DNA from: a candidate division WS6 bacterium OLB20 | GTDB taxonomy: Bacteria > Patescibacteriota > Dojkabacteria > B142 > OLB20 | NCBI GenBank assembly: GCA_001567355.1 | Contig: JYNZ01000001.1 | Coordinates: 5,944 to 69,943 of the forward strand | DNA length: 64,000 nt | Reading direction: 5' to 3' | In this document: piece after piece, positions 20,921-30,516 of the stretch | Position numbering within the stretch: the first letter of the stretch is position 1 | Layout of the letters: each line of letters starts with the position of its first letter | The notes under the pieces: generated by a model | What the model was told of the DNA's origin: nothing | The model's input: the letters and a program-made list of their open reading frames with translations, nothing else | The model's database searches: none | Position numbers and translations under genes: made by a program

Positions 20921-21874
20921 TTAGTCGCTGCAGAGCTCACTTGATGTCCCCACGTTTATCCATGACCTGTCATCCTCAGACTTAGCTCCGAGCGCGAATT
21001 CTCCATCCCTGTCAAGGAAATAGCAGTATGCGGTTGAATCTGGAGTTGTTGAGCCCGCAGTGCGGTTACTGCTGTTAAGTGTGACTTCACCTGTTATCCC
21101 GGGGTCGGTGTAGGATTCGTTCCATTCTCCTGAAAAGTTTGCTGTGTCCTCCCCTGTAAAGAAGTACTGATTCTGGGTCAGAACAAGTGCTGTCGGGTAC
21201 GATCCGTTTGTATTAACAAAATCTGCGAGGTCACGTTCCATGTAGCGAAGGATCTCATGTCGTGAGCCGTCTCTGAGGCCGGGCTGCCGTCTTCGAAGCT
21301 CATCGCTGGTATTTTCATAGAGATCTTCAATCTCTGCGTTGCGGTCATCAAGTGCAGCTTCTTCACACGGTGTTGCTGATGTTCCGAAATTGAACCACGA
21401 CCCGTCCTCGAGCCTGAATGCAATTGCATATCCGTCAGAAAGGTATGGGGCAATGCACCATTCGGACTTATTAAGGTCATTCTCATTTGCAAATACACTG
21501 TTAAAATCAAGCTCCTGTGTACCCGAAAGAAAACTTGTATCTGAGTTGACGCTTACTAATCCTTCATCACCTGAGACGGTGATTGTATCGTTGCCGAGAA
21601 CAATTTTTTCAGGGTATGTTCCATACTGCGAGAAATAGTCTGCCATCGCAACGTTTATATCCTGTCCTGCAGCTCTGCGGATTGTATCGCGTGCAGTGTT
21701 CTGAGCCTCATTGATACCAGCGTAAGTCAGTGCAAAGAATGCAATAACAATACAGATACCAAGACAGGTCACAGCAGCAAAGCATCCGATCAGAAGCTTA
21801 AGCAGGTTGCCTGAACCTGATGATGGTGCAGAAGTAACTGAGTTCTCCTGCATGGGTTGGGTTTGCTGGTTCAT
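20921..21874 (-). CDS. hypothetical membrane-anchored or secreted protein
   Basis: N-terminal transmembrane segment LLKLLIGCFAAVTCLGICIVIAFFAL followed by a soluble domain. Confidence 0.45.
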   Translation of the reverse strand: MNQQTQPMQENSVTSAPSSGSGNLLKLLIGCFAAVTCLGICIVIAFFALTYAGINEAQNTARDTIRRAAGQDINVAMADYFSQYGTYPEKIVLGNDTITVSGDEGLVSVNSDTSFLSGTQELDFNSVFANENDLNKSEWCIAPYLSDGYAIAFRLEDGSWFNFGTSATPCEEAALDDRNAEIEDLYENTSDELRRRQPGLRDGSRHEILRYMERDLADFVNTNGSYPTALVLTQNQYFFTGEDTANFSGEWNESYTDPGITGEVTLNSSNRTAGSTTPDSTAYCYFLDRDGEFALGAKSEDDRSWINVGTSSELCSD

Positions 21875-21931
21875 GATGAGTTAAAAAACTATATGACAAT
21901 TAGTACAACGATGTTACAGATACAATAAAGT

Positions 21932-22525
21932 CTAACGCAGACTCTCCTCCCACTCGCTGCTGCGCGAAAGGTCATGTGACTGCAGGATATCGACAAGATC
22001 CTCACGTGTTCTCATTCTGTCTGTATTGGTGACTACTGGGGGAACAGGGTCAATAAAACGGAAGCCGGTTGCTCTGCCCTCAGTATTCAGACGCAGGATA
22101 ACATTATTGGTTTTAAAGTCACCGTGAGCGTAACCGGCCTCATGCAGTTGATCGCGCGCAGTAAAGATCTCGTGCAGCAGTTCTGTCGGTACCTCGTGAC
22201 CGGAGTCTGCATAGTCTGATAGAGTCGGCCCCGGAATATACTCCATGATATAGCCTTTTTTGTCGCTGTCTGTAAATCCGTACATCGCTGGAAACAGCCC
22301 CGGAAATTGTTCGTTCAACTCCAGCAGATAGCTGCCCTGTGTCTCTGCATCAGTGAGAAATTCTAGAAACCCGTCACCTGATGGTTCGTCTATCTGATTA
22401 ACTGTACAGGCAAAGCTGTCCTCTTTGATATAGACCAGTCCGTGCTCCTTGTGTCTTGATACATGTGGCGGCAGCTTCTCGCGACGGAGACGGAATCTGT
22501 CAATTGCATTACCGAAAAAATGCAT
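21932..22525 (-). CDS. protein kinase-like fold protein (Kdo/RIO/aminoglycoside kinase-like)
   Basis: Catalytic-loop-like HGDFKTNNVIL and hinge-like GYIMEYIPG. Confidence 0.4.
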   Translation of the reverse strand: MHFFGNAIDRFRLRREKLPPHVSRHKEHGLVYIKEDSFACTVNQIDEPSGDGFLEFLTDAETQGSYLLELNEQFPGLFPAMYGFTDSDKKGYIMEYIPGPTLSDYADSGHEVPTELLHEIFTARDQLHEAGYAHGDFKTNNVILRLNTEGRATGFRFIDPVPPVVTNTDRMRTREDLVDILQSHDLSRSSEWEESLR

Positions 22526-22640
22526 AGTTGCTGCAAAGCTATGGCCCAGTCTAACAGAGTCTGCGGATGTTCTAAAGCATAATACCCAGAGTTGCAGAAT
22601 AAGTCCTGCACACCAGAGCTATTGTGCATATCACGGGTTT

Positions 22641-24758
22641 TTAGAGCGGATTACTGCGCGAGCGTTTAGTCCGTGCAAACAGAAACAGCAAAAGAAATAT
22701 GGCAGACAGGCTACCGCACAATATACCAAGCAGCACGTGTAATCCCGGCAGTCCTGTTTCATTACCACCATTGTTTGCAATCAGATCTTGTTCTGTCTGG
22801 CTGTCATCGTCCTGTGCTACTGGTGTATCTGTCACCTGGCCCTGTGTAACAGTCGGTCGAAGCGGCTCCGTGTCTTGTGATTCATCATCAGGCATTACTG
22901 TTGCAGTCGGGATCGGACTGCCGTTTTGTGCCGGTCTGTTTGCAGATGATTGTGATGGTGTCACACTCGGGGATGGCGTCGGGCTGGGTGCTCCGATAGC
23001 CGGTTGAGTCGGAGCAACAGTCGTCGGTGAGGGTGTCGGCGTCGGAGTTGGAGTTGCTGTCTGTGTAGCAGTGGGAACAGGTGTTGCTGAAGGGGTCGGC
23101 GTGCCTGTCACTGCTGCAGATGGTGTTACCGTTGGCGTCGCTGTTGCTGTCACCTCCGGCGTTGGTGTCGCAGTCGGCGAAGGTGTCATACTTGGCTCTG
23201 GTGAAGTCTCGGGACTTGGTGTCGGTGACGGTGATTGAGTCGGCGAGGGCGTCACTGTCGGTGTTGTGCTGTTCTCTGCAATGGTAACTGTGCCAACGGG
23301 GTAATAGTTGTCACCGATTGTATTACTCAGATCAAGCTGAATGTTACTACCTGTCCGTCTGTCTTTCATGAATACTGCCAGCTGATACTCACCTGCCGGC
23401 AGGGACAGAGGGACAGACAGATCTGCATCTGTCTGATATTCTGGAGCAGCTGCAGTACTCGGATGAGCAGGCATCCAGGTTTCGATGTCTTCGGCAAGCA
23501 GAGATTCTGTAATCAGGCTGCCGTCTGAGGACAGCAGTCCGGTGTATGCTGCAAAGTTTTGTCCTGTGCGCAGATAGCTTGGTGCAAGTCCGCTGTTATG
23601 CCAGACTGCGCTGACAGAGACTGTTCCACCCTGAGCAACTTCCTGCGAAAACGATCCGCGCTTCACTGTGTAGCGATATCCCAGAGGCTGCATGAGCTGG
23701 CTTATTGTTGCCTTCGGTTCGGCAGATCCGTTTGGATTGTCGTGAACAAGAGATGCATGGGAGAATGCAAGCACATCAGCCACATTCTGTCTGAATGTAG
23801 CGTTGTTCCAGTCGATGGCACAGAGTTCATAGACAACCGGAGCTGCTGCCCAGCGTGTACCAAACGCCTCCTGGATTTCGGGCTGGGTCATATCGGCAGG
23901 TCCTGTCCTGCCCAGACAGTCATGCCTGAATCCGACTGTTGGTGATTTATCAAATGCGTACTTGACAGAATGTCTGATTCCGGCCCAGGGCATAAGCAGT
24001 TGCGTCGAACTGAACCCGGTATGTGAATAGCTCACAGTCACAACCTGTCCTGACTGGTTTTTGCACTGATGGCTGCTGCTTGATCCGCCCAGGAACATGT
24101 CGATCAGCCGCTTTCTGGCATGGCCGTCAAGAGTCGAAGGCGTTGCGGGTGTAGTATCAAACTCGGTAAAGTCATCCTGCCAGCTCCATTCATTAAAGTT
24201 TCCGTACCCGGAGATGTCGATGTAAGCAATATCCGGATTGCCGTCGTAGCGCTGCCTGAGTGCCTGTACCATATCATTCCAGTACTGCTGGTATACGCAA
24301 CTGTGATAGTCGGGCTGGCCGTTGATGATCGGGACTCCTGCCGAGACTGCCCACGAAGGTACCTGATGACCGCCAAATGACTCGCCGCGCATGGTGTAGA
24401 TACGAAACGAAAGCTGTTTGCCCTGCGACCTGGCCTGTGCCAGACGGGTGTCTATCTGGCTGAAATCATATACCCCCTGTGCCGTATTGATTGTCTGCCA
24501 TGAGATATCAGCTCTGTCAGGATACGCCACTGTTTCCGGAAGAATTGATGTATCGGAGCTGTCCATATACTGCCAGCCGATGCCTGGATTGCTTATATAG
24601 CCGCCTCTGGTGGTTACAACCATCTCTCCGGTCAGCGCCTGTGTATCAGAATTCAGAAATCCTGTAGGCAGTAACGATACAATTATAGCACCTGCAGTCA
24701 GCAGAGTCAGTGTGGAAAGCATAAAGATTTTACTTGGTTGTGTAGTAATTCGCTTCAC
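22641..24758 (-). CDS. cell-surface protein: glycoside-hydrolase-like (GH42/DUF4832-like) domain, Pro/Thr/Ser-rich linker and C-terminal transmembrane anchor
   Basis: Signal/transmembrane N-terminus. A TIM-barrel-like region contains WQTINTAQGVYDFSQIDTRLAQARSQGKQLSF. A Pro/Thr/Ser-rich low-complexity tract of about 150 aa follows, then a C-terminal hydrophobic helix and a basic tail RTKRSRS. Confidence 0.55.
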   Translation of the reverse strand: MKRITTQPSKIFMLSTLTLLTAGAIIVSLLPTGFLNSDTQALTGEMVVTTRGGYISNPGIGWQYMDSSDTSILPETVAYPDRADISWQTINTAQGVYDFSQIDTRLAQARSQGKQLSFRIYTMRGESFGGHQVPSWAVSAGVPIINGQPDYHSCVYQQYWNDMVQALRQRYDGNPDIAYIDISGYGNFNEWSWQDDFTEFDTTPATPSTLDGHARKRLIDMFLGGSSSSHQCKNQSGQVVTVSYSHTGFSSTQLLMPWAGIRHSVKYAFDKSPTVGFRHDCLGRTGPADMTQPEIQEAFGTRWAAAPVVYELCAIDWNNATFRQNVADVLAFSHASLVHDNPNGSAEPKATISQLMQPLGYRYTVKRGSFSQEVAQGGTVSVSAVWHNSGLAPSYLRTGQNFAAYTGLLSSDGSLITESLLAEDIETWMPAHPSTAAAPEYQTDADLSVPLSLPAGEYQLAVFMKDRRTGSNIQLDLSNTIGDNYYPVGTVTIAENSTTPTVTPSPTQSPSPTPSPETSPEPSMTPSPTATPTPEVTATATPTVTPSAAVTGTPTPSATPVPTATQTATPTPTPTPSPTTVAPTQPAIGAPSPTPSPSVTPSQSSANRPAQNGSPIPTATVMPDDESQDTEPLRPTVTQGQVTDTPVAQDDDSQTEQDLIANNGGNETGLPGLHVLLGILCGSLSAIFLLLFLFARTKRSRSNPL

Positions 24759-24821
24759 CGGGAAAATTGTTACAGACGTGAAGTATGATTTTAAACAGAA
24801 ATTTCAGCACAGTTTACATCG

Positions 24822-25013
24822 AGACCCACTCTAAAGTACAAGTCTAAAGTATCAGTTTGACGTATTTGCGCTTACAAAGAGGTCTATTTGACCTTAGTAT
24901 CCGGTCATCCTGTAAGTTTCTCCGTTGTTTGTGAAAGGAAAACAGCTGATTTACAGACTCTCCGTTCCAGACCGGTAACCTAGACCTGTACTTTAGAGTG
25001 GGTCTGGTTGCCC
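24822..25013. repeat. MITE-like element, family 1, copy A (25-bp terminal inverted repeats)
   Basis: 5' end AGACCCACTCTAAAGTACAAGTCTA; 3' end TAGACCTGTACTTTAGAGTGGGTCT followed by GGTTGCC. The inverted repeat matches at 24 of 25 positions. Confidence 0.65.
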
Positions 25014-25074
25014 GGGGGCTTTTCGACTGACAGTAAAGAGAATATGATAAGCATATATTATTCTCTCGCTCGCA

Positions 25075-25578
25075 ATGGCAAAACCAACCAGAGATGCACT
25101 GCCGCTGACAATTGCAGTCGCTGTAATCGCCGCTGCAGGAATCGTGCTCGGGTTTATTTTCAATTCACCCGCAACTGCTCTTCTTCTGCTGCTGCCTACT
25201 ATCGCCTACGAAATCTATCGTGTCGAAGGTGACTCAACCAGATACGCTGCCTGGGGTCTGCTGGGTGTTGTGATTGTTGAACTTGCGCTGCTTCTGTTTA
25301 ATGTCACTTTTGACCTGGCATCGTTTTTGAATACTGATTCACAGTACATTCAGGGGTATGAAGTGCCACTGGCAGACATTAAAGTGATAGGACCAATCCT
25401 GCTGGCCATCCTGGCAGTTGTTCTGTTTAAAAATACGCGAGGCAGGTACACTAAAGCACTGTCAGTCGTGATCATTGTTGCAGCGTTTGCGATCGTTTTT
25501 ATGCTCAACCCCGAGATCTTCAATCAGATGCTGCGGGTAGCAGGTCAGGAAGGTGTCCAGCTGTTTAATAATCTCTGA
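25075..25578 (+). CDS. hypothetical integral membrane protein
   Basis: 167 aa with 4-5 hydrophobic helices. Confidence 0.45.
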   Translation: MAKPTRDALPLTIAVAVIAAAGIVLGFIFNSPATALLLLLPTIAYEIYRVEGDSTRYAAWGLLGVVIVELALLLFNVTFDLASFLNTDSQYIQGYEVPLADIKVIGPILLAILAVVLFKNTRGRYTKALSVVIIVAAFAIVFMLNPEIFNQMLRVAGQEGVQLFNNL

Positions 25579-25617
25579 TTCTTCTCAGCATCAGCTGGAT
25601 ATAGAAAAATAGTTCTG

Positions 25618-26631
25618 TTAACTCTCCGGCAGGGTCTGTTGTGTGTATTCGGTTTCAGAGATAAGTCCAAATGCCTCAAGGCCCTCACGCGCAAGATCTT
25701 CGCGAATATTGTAGACAATAAAATACGGTACAAGTTCGCGAAACACATCTTTGTCGCTTGTGATTCTGAAACGCTCTGCTGTCTTCAGATACATTTTGTG
25801 ACCTCGAGCTCTCCTGATAAGCGGAACACTCTTTGTGACATTCTCAGCAAACAGATGGACCGCACTGCCTGCCTGAAACAATGGTATTGCTGTCGCAAAT
25901 GCCAGAAAACTGATTACAGTGAACTGCTGGATCATTGCGCTAAGCACTGCACCTGTAAGAAGTATGAAGAATGCAGTTTTCAACACAGCATCTCTGACTG
26001 TCACCGGATTGAATCGGTAGTAACCGCCTTGTACCAGAGACTCCGAGACGATCCCCGCTGCTGCGCCCGAATAGTCAGTATAGATAAAAGTTTGAATATG
26101 TCTGTTTGGCGAAGTACGGACAGAATGCACACTTCTTGACAGCGTTTCCAGATAGCGGTTAAATCCTCCTGCCTGGACATAGAGTTGTTCAAGTCTGTTT
26201 TCTGTTTCATCTAGCGCTGAGTCAGGATGCAAACGTCTGTAGATAAAGTGTGCTGCAAGATCCTTATTTGTAAGATGTCCATCCATAAGTGCACCAAGCT
26301 GATAAAACCTGGCCTCACCTGTCAGGCGGAATTCGGGTGTAATGACAGTCCTGTTTAATTGCAGATTTCTGTATACAGATCTGGCAGCGATGAGTGCGAT
26401 CAGAACCGCAGAACAGACACCATTGATCAGAACAAGCAGCAACCATTCGGGGCCGGACAACAATGTAACCATGCTCAGCAAAGCACTAAAAATGATTGCA
26501 ACAAACGGGCGCAAGAGAACATGTCTGCCGTTGTATGATCTCAGGAAGAGATTAACAAACGCGCCTGCAAACACTACGGTAATAGCGATAAAAGCTGTCA
26601 CAATCTGGGCTAAAGAGGTCTCGTCTGTCAT
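25618..26631 (-). CDS. hypothetical integral membrane protein
   Basis: 337 aa with multiple transmembrane helices. No motif recognised. Confidence 0.45.
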   Translation of the reverse strand: MTDETSLAQIVTAFIAITVVFAGAFVNLFLRSYNGRHVLLRPFVAIIFSALLSMVTLLSGPEWLLLVLINGVCSAVLIALIAARSVYRNLQLNRTVITPEFRLTGEARFYQLGALMDGHLTNKDLAAHFIYRRLHPDSALDETENRLEQLYVQAGGFNRYLETLSRSVHSVRTSPNRHIQTFIYTDYSGAAAGIVSESLVQGGYYRFNPVTVRDAVLKTAFFILLTGAVLSAMIQQFTVISFLAFATAIPLFQAGSAVHLFAENVTKSVPLIRRARGHKMYLKTAERFRITSDKDVFRELVPYFIVYNIREDLAREGLEAFGLISETEYTQQTLPES

Positions 26632-26728
26632 TCAGAACGAATTCGTCAGGATAACATGATTATGGTACCAGATGCTTCGGCAATCCGCCACCTGGATGAT
26701 ATAATAGATATAGTAGTCAATATTCGCT

Positions 26729-27304
26729 ATGTCCGAGCAACTATGGTCGCCACAACATGACAGTCTGTATCAGCTGTTTCTGCATGACAGAGAAGCGGTT
26801 CCTGCATGGATCAGACTCCTGTCTTCAACACAGAATGCATTCGTAGAGCAGACTGAGAGTCTGGCAGTCATGCCGCTTGGCAGTCTGGATGTCAGCGGTG
26901 TCAATTATTCAGCCGCTGTAGAAGTTCGACATAATCAGATTGGAGTTTTGTCTGAATCTGTTCATCTGCGCCTGCAGCGTGATCAGTTGACGGGTTATGT
27001 GCACTACAGATTCACCCGTTTTCCAGAAGTGGATGACTTTACTGTGTCTGCACACGGCGACGTTGACCGAACTATTGCAATGCTCCGTCATGCAGACCCC
27101 ATGGGATTTGATATGCTGGATATGGAATTTGCAGAGCGGGTATTCCCTGGTATGGCTTCTGCTTTGGGTCTTCCGGTTGAGCATCTTATTGCAACAGGTT
27201 ACATGTGGCTTGATGATCCTGAGCGGTTGAAGCCGATTGAAGCACGTGGCTATGTACCCAGAGATGCTCAGGGTAACCAGTTACACCGACGCGTCTGGAG
27301 GTAA
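26729..27304 (+). CDS. hypothetical protein
   Basis: 191-aa ORF ending a few bases before repeat copy B. Confidence 0.4.
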   Translation: MSEQLWSPQHDSLYQLFLHDREAVPAWIRLLSSTQNAFVEQTESLAVMPLGSLDVSGVNYSAAVEVRHNQIGVLSESVHLRLQRDQLTGYVHYRFTRFPEVDDFTVSAHGDVDRTIAMLRHADPMGFDMLDMEFAERVFPGMASALGLPVEHLIATGYMWLDDPERLKPIEARGYVPRDAQGNQLHRRVWR

Positions 27305-27308
27305 GATT

Positions 27309-27522
27309 TAGACCCGCTCTAAGATTTAGACCAGCTCTAACGTACAAGTCTGAAGTATCAGTCTGGTGTGTTTGTACCTAAAAAGAGGAGTTTGTAGACG
27401 TGCGGACCGGGTCATTTTTTTGCTTTTTCCCCTGTTTCCGTAAGAGAAATACCTGTGATTTATGTTATCACCTGGCCAGACCTGCAGCTCAGACTTGTAC
27501 GTTAGGGCGGGTCTGGTTGCCG
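27309..27522. repeat. MITE-like element, family 1, copy B
   Basis: AGACCCGCTCTAAGATTT-AGACCAGCTCTAACGTACAAGTCTG ... CAGACTTGTACGTTAGGGCGGGTCT followed by GGTTGCC. The 5' inverted-repeat half is partly duplicated. Confidence 0.65.
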
Positions 27523-28187
27523 GCGAGGAATGCTTTTGCGCTGGCCAGAAAGTGCTGCATATCCATATCCGCAATCGTTTCAAACGATCCGTAGTCACGT
27601 GAAGAGATCACGCCAAGCGTCTGTTTAATCTCATGATGGTAGTCTGATTTACCGGCCAGTATTCTGCCGACCACCTGTGTTGCCCCGGGGACGCCCCAGC
27701 AGACAGGCAGCGCCATCGGGTAGCAAACCATCAGCTCGCTGTTTCTGATCTGGCCATGCAGGTTCTGTTCGTACGCGCTGCGTCGTGCCACGACAGCTCC
27801 TGACAGCCATGCCCAGTAGGTATCTGTTGTGATGATTTTGCCAGCTCCTGAGAGCATTCCAAGCAACTGGTTTACATTTTCAGGGTACAGGACACCTTCC
27901 TGTTTTGCTGCATCGGGTGTAAACAGGTGTTCATCCGTGATAATGACCGACCCGGGCTTTAACGCCTGCATCTGGCGTGATTGCGGTCTAGTAAAGCGTT
28001 TGAGAGCAATTGATCCTGACTCGAGGACTGCGCCGTCTGCAACTGCAGCAGCATATTCGTTGCGGTAGTGTTCGACCAGTTCGGGATTGTATTCTGCCAT
28101 CGGACCTTCAGTGTCCTTAAGCAGAAACGGTCCGTGCTGCATCAGGTAGTGATACTCGGCAGGGTTGTGGCCAAACAGGTCAATCAT
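27489..28187 (-). CDS. hypothetical protein
   Basis: 232-aa ORF. Its 3' end overlaps the terminal inverted repeat of repeat copy B. Confidence 0.4.
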   Translation of the reverse strand: MIDLFGHNPAEYHYLMQHGPFLLKDTEGPMAEYNPELVEHYRNEYAAAVADGAVLESGSIALKRFTRPQSRQMQALKPGSVIITDEHLFTPDAAKQEGVLYPENVNQLLGMLSGAGKIITTDTYWAWLSGAVVARRSAYEQNLHGQIRNSELMVCYPMALPVCWGVPGATQVVGRILAGKSDYHHEIKQTLGVISSRDYGSFETIADMDMQHFLASAKAFLAGNQTRPNVQV

Positions 28188-28561
28188 CCAGCCAGGTGGC
28201 TTGAGTAAAAGTGGTACTGCTGTGTCCTGCTTTTGTAGCGCGAATGTGACCTGTCGATTGCTGCTGTGACCGAAAAGATATTTGCGGTACCGTCCGCCTC
28301 GTGCACAAGATGCTGGTTGACCTCCTCGATCTCGGCAAATGTCAGTGGTGTCTCAATACCCATCTGTGCGTGTCTGGCAACTGCCAGTCCGGTTGCAACA
28401 GCTGATCTGATCAGCAGGTTATCCCCGTGTTTTGAATGCGGCTGTCCCTGTGACTGGCCGGAGAATGCAGGTTTGATGGAAATGAAGCCTCCCTGCTCGA
28501 TTGTGGAGAGCAGATCGGTGGTCAGGCTGAGTTGTTCTGGTGTAAATGCACGTTGTTCCAT
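28184..28561 (-). CDS. hypothetical protein
   Basis: 125 aa, overlap-coupled by 4 nt to the downstream gene. Confidence 0.4.
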   Translation of the reverse strand: MEQRAFTPEQLSLTTDLLSTIEQGGFISIKPAFSGQSQGQPHSKHGDNLLIRSAVATGLAVARHAQMGIETPLTFAEIEEVNQHLVHEADGTANIFSVTAAIDRSHSRYKSRTQQYHFYSSHLAG

Positions 28562-28593
28562 GACCTTTTATTATATCATGGGTATTAATCATT

Positions 28594-28784
28594 AGACCCG
28601 TTCTAATGTGCAGGTCTGATGTATCAGTTCAGGGTATTTTTGCCTGCTGACAGGGGGATTTTGACTACCGGAGCGGTCGGTGTTCAGGTTTTCCAGTGGT
28701 TTTATGAGTGGAAATCACAGTTTTTTCGTCAGTTTTGACGAAACCTGCAGGTTAGAGTTGTGGGTTAGAGCGGGTCTAGTTGCT
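28594..28784. repeat. MITE-like element, family 1, copy C (degenerate)
   Basis: AGACCCGTTCTAATGTGCAGGTCTG ... GTTAGAGTTGTGGGTTAGAGCGGGTCT followed by AGTTGCT. The 3' inverted-repeat half is duplicated. Confidence 0.6.
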
Positions 28785-28849
28785 CCCCTGGTAGCTCCAG
28801 TATCTGGCATTTAGCGAATAATTAATGTGTTAGTGATAACATTGTATTT

Positions 28850-29462
28850 ATGCCACTAGTTATCTCTCCAGACGATATCAAAACCCGCATAGAAGGATAC
28901 GATCCCAGACGATCAGAACTGGTTCATCGGCATTCTGTCAGGATCGCAAATAAAAAAATTCTCAGATGCCTTGAAAGACAATGCCTATACGAATGTAATA
29001 CTGCTAGCTTGCGGTGCTGCCTCGGGAAAAAGCGAATATCTCGAATATGCTCTATCAAACGTCAATTCGATCATATATGACAGTACGCTCTCGGCACTCG
29101 ATGCTGCAAAGATCAAGGTTCGCAACTCACTCAAAAAGAAAAAGAACGTAAAACTGGTTTGTGTGATTCCTGATTCGCTGTATCGTTCTTTTCTGGCGTT
29201 CATTAACAGAGAGCGTCAGTACCCGGTCAAGCGTTTCTTTGCTACTCATGCCGGCTGCAGATCGGTCGTGCTGACGTTATTATCCCGCTATCCGGAAATT
29301 GAAATTGAGATTATTGAAAGTTATACTGAAGATAGTAAAATCAGGTTCCGCAGGAAGGAATTTGCAAACAGAATTGAGGTTGCAGACTATTTACAGGGAC
29401 TGCAAATGACTTCAAATCAGATAGAAAAACAGATACAGGAACATATCAGCAATGAAATCTAA
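28850..29462 (+). pseudogene. zeta-toxin-like P-loop kinase, frameshifted at an A7 tract
   Basis: Two ORFs (28850-29080 and 28971-29462) lie in different frames. The second carries Walker A ILLACGAASGKSE. An A7 homopolymer at about 28952-28958 sits at the junction. Confidence 0.45.
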
Positions 29463-29682
29463 AATCGCACAATACAACAAAGCACTGGAAAAGGGACGCT
29501 CTACCAGACATGTGTTTAGCAGAGGAGGCGCCTGGGTTGTTAAGAAAGCGAGTGCTACAAAAGCTTCGCGCGTTGTTGACACTAAAAAGGAAGCTGTTGC
29601 GCTAGCAAGAAAAATGAGCAAACGCACCAATTCGCGTCTGGTGATTCACAGCAAAGACGGGAGGATAGTTAGTGTTGAGTAG
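29452..29682 (+). CDS. DUF2188-family small protein
   Basis: HVFSRGGAWVVKKASATKASRVVDTKKEAVALARKMSKRTNSRLVIHSKDGRI matches the DUF2188 pattern. Confidence 0.55.
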   Translation: MKSKIAQYNKALEKGRSTRHVFSRGGAWVVKKASATKASRVVDTKKEAVALARKMSKRTNSRLVIHSKDGRIVSVE

Positions 29683-29730
29683 GACTGCCGTGTTGCAGAG
29701 ATGCTACTATAAAACAGTTACCCTCCTGAT

Positions 29731-30225
29731 GTGGCGCATGCAAAATACATAGTTGCTGATCTTCTTTCGGTAGATGCCGATGTACTCGTAAATTCTGCCA
29801 ACCGCAGTCTGCTGGCAGGCTCTGGTGTGTGCGGTCAGATATTTACAGTAGCAGGTAAACAACAGCTTGAAGCAGAGTGTCTGAGAATACTACAAGACCG
29901 TGGAGTGAGGTTTCTTGGGGACGGGACATCAGTCATGACCGGCGCATATAACCTGCCGTTTCAGGCAATCATTCATTCGATAACACCCAAGAATCATGTC
30001 GGTGACATCACAAAGGTGTACGACTGCTATCACTCTGCTATGCAACTGGCCATTGCTAACGGATATCAATCGATTGTGTTTCCTTTGCTCGGGACGGGAG
30101 TAAATAACATACCCGCTGAGTATTCAGGGGAACAGGCGATCAGGGCTGTAGATGCTGTTGGTGATATTTTGACAGTGTATTTTTGTTCAAGAGATGCGAG
30201 TCTGGTTGAACTGTTTCGTGGATAG
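29731..30225 (+). CDS. Macro-domain protein (ADP-ribose binding or processing)
   Basis: VNSANRSLLAGSGVCGQI...GTSVMTGAYNLPFQAIIHSITP...SIVFPLLGTGVNNIP are typical macro-domain motifs. Confidence 0.75.
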   Translation: MAHAKYIVADLLSVDADVLVNSANRSLLAGSGVCGQIFTVAGKQQLEAECLRILQDRGVRFLGDGTSVMTGAYNLPFQAIIHSITPKNHVGDITKVYDCYHSAMQLAIANGYQSIVFPLLGTGVNNIPAEYSGEQAIRAVDAVGDILTVYFCSRDASLVELFRG

Positions 30226-30516
30226 AGTCTCGTAGATGCGTGGCAGACAATATACCATCAAACTGCCTTTTTCCCGTTTTGTTATCTGCCTGCGGATCTG
30301 GTCAGCTGACGTCAGTGCTCGACTGCATCCTTGTTAGAGAGTTTACTGCTCGAGCTGGAGAAATCAGCAGGACCAGTATCCCCAGCTACAAGATATGGTC
30401 AGATATACAGTTATCCATGAACAAACATAACATGCTGGAATACTGAAAATGGATACTTTGGCTATGGTGAGGATTTTTCAGTTTCTGGTTGATTTATGCG
30501 GTCTGTAAAACTATAG

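Noticed and set aside
22980-23300. DNA-level repetitive stretch (GTCGG/CGGTG-rich) that looks like a tandem repeat or a CRISPR-like array.
   Set aside because: It is the coding sequence of the Pro/Thr/Ser-rich linker of the surface protein. There are no regular spacer-repeat units.
24690-24758. LPxTG-type sortase signal at the C-terminus of the surface protein.
   Set aside because: The sequence GLPGLH is not a canonical LPxTG. Only a generic transmembrane helix plus basic tail can be supported.
24822-28784. Interpretation of the family-1 repeats as integron attC sites.
   Set aside because: The cassette genes lie in mixed orientations. The elements are longer than typical attC sites. No intI or attI is visible. 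I kept them as MITE-like repeats and mention the alternative in the findings.
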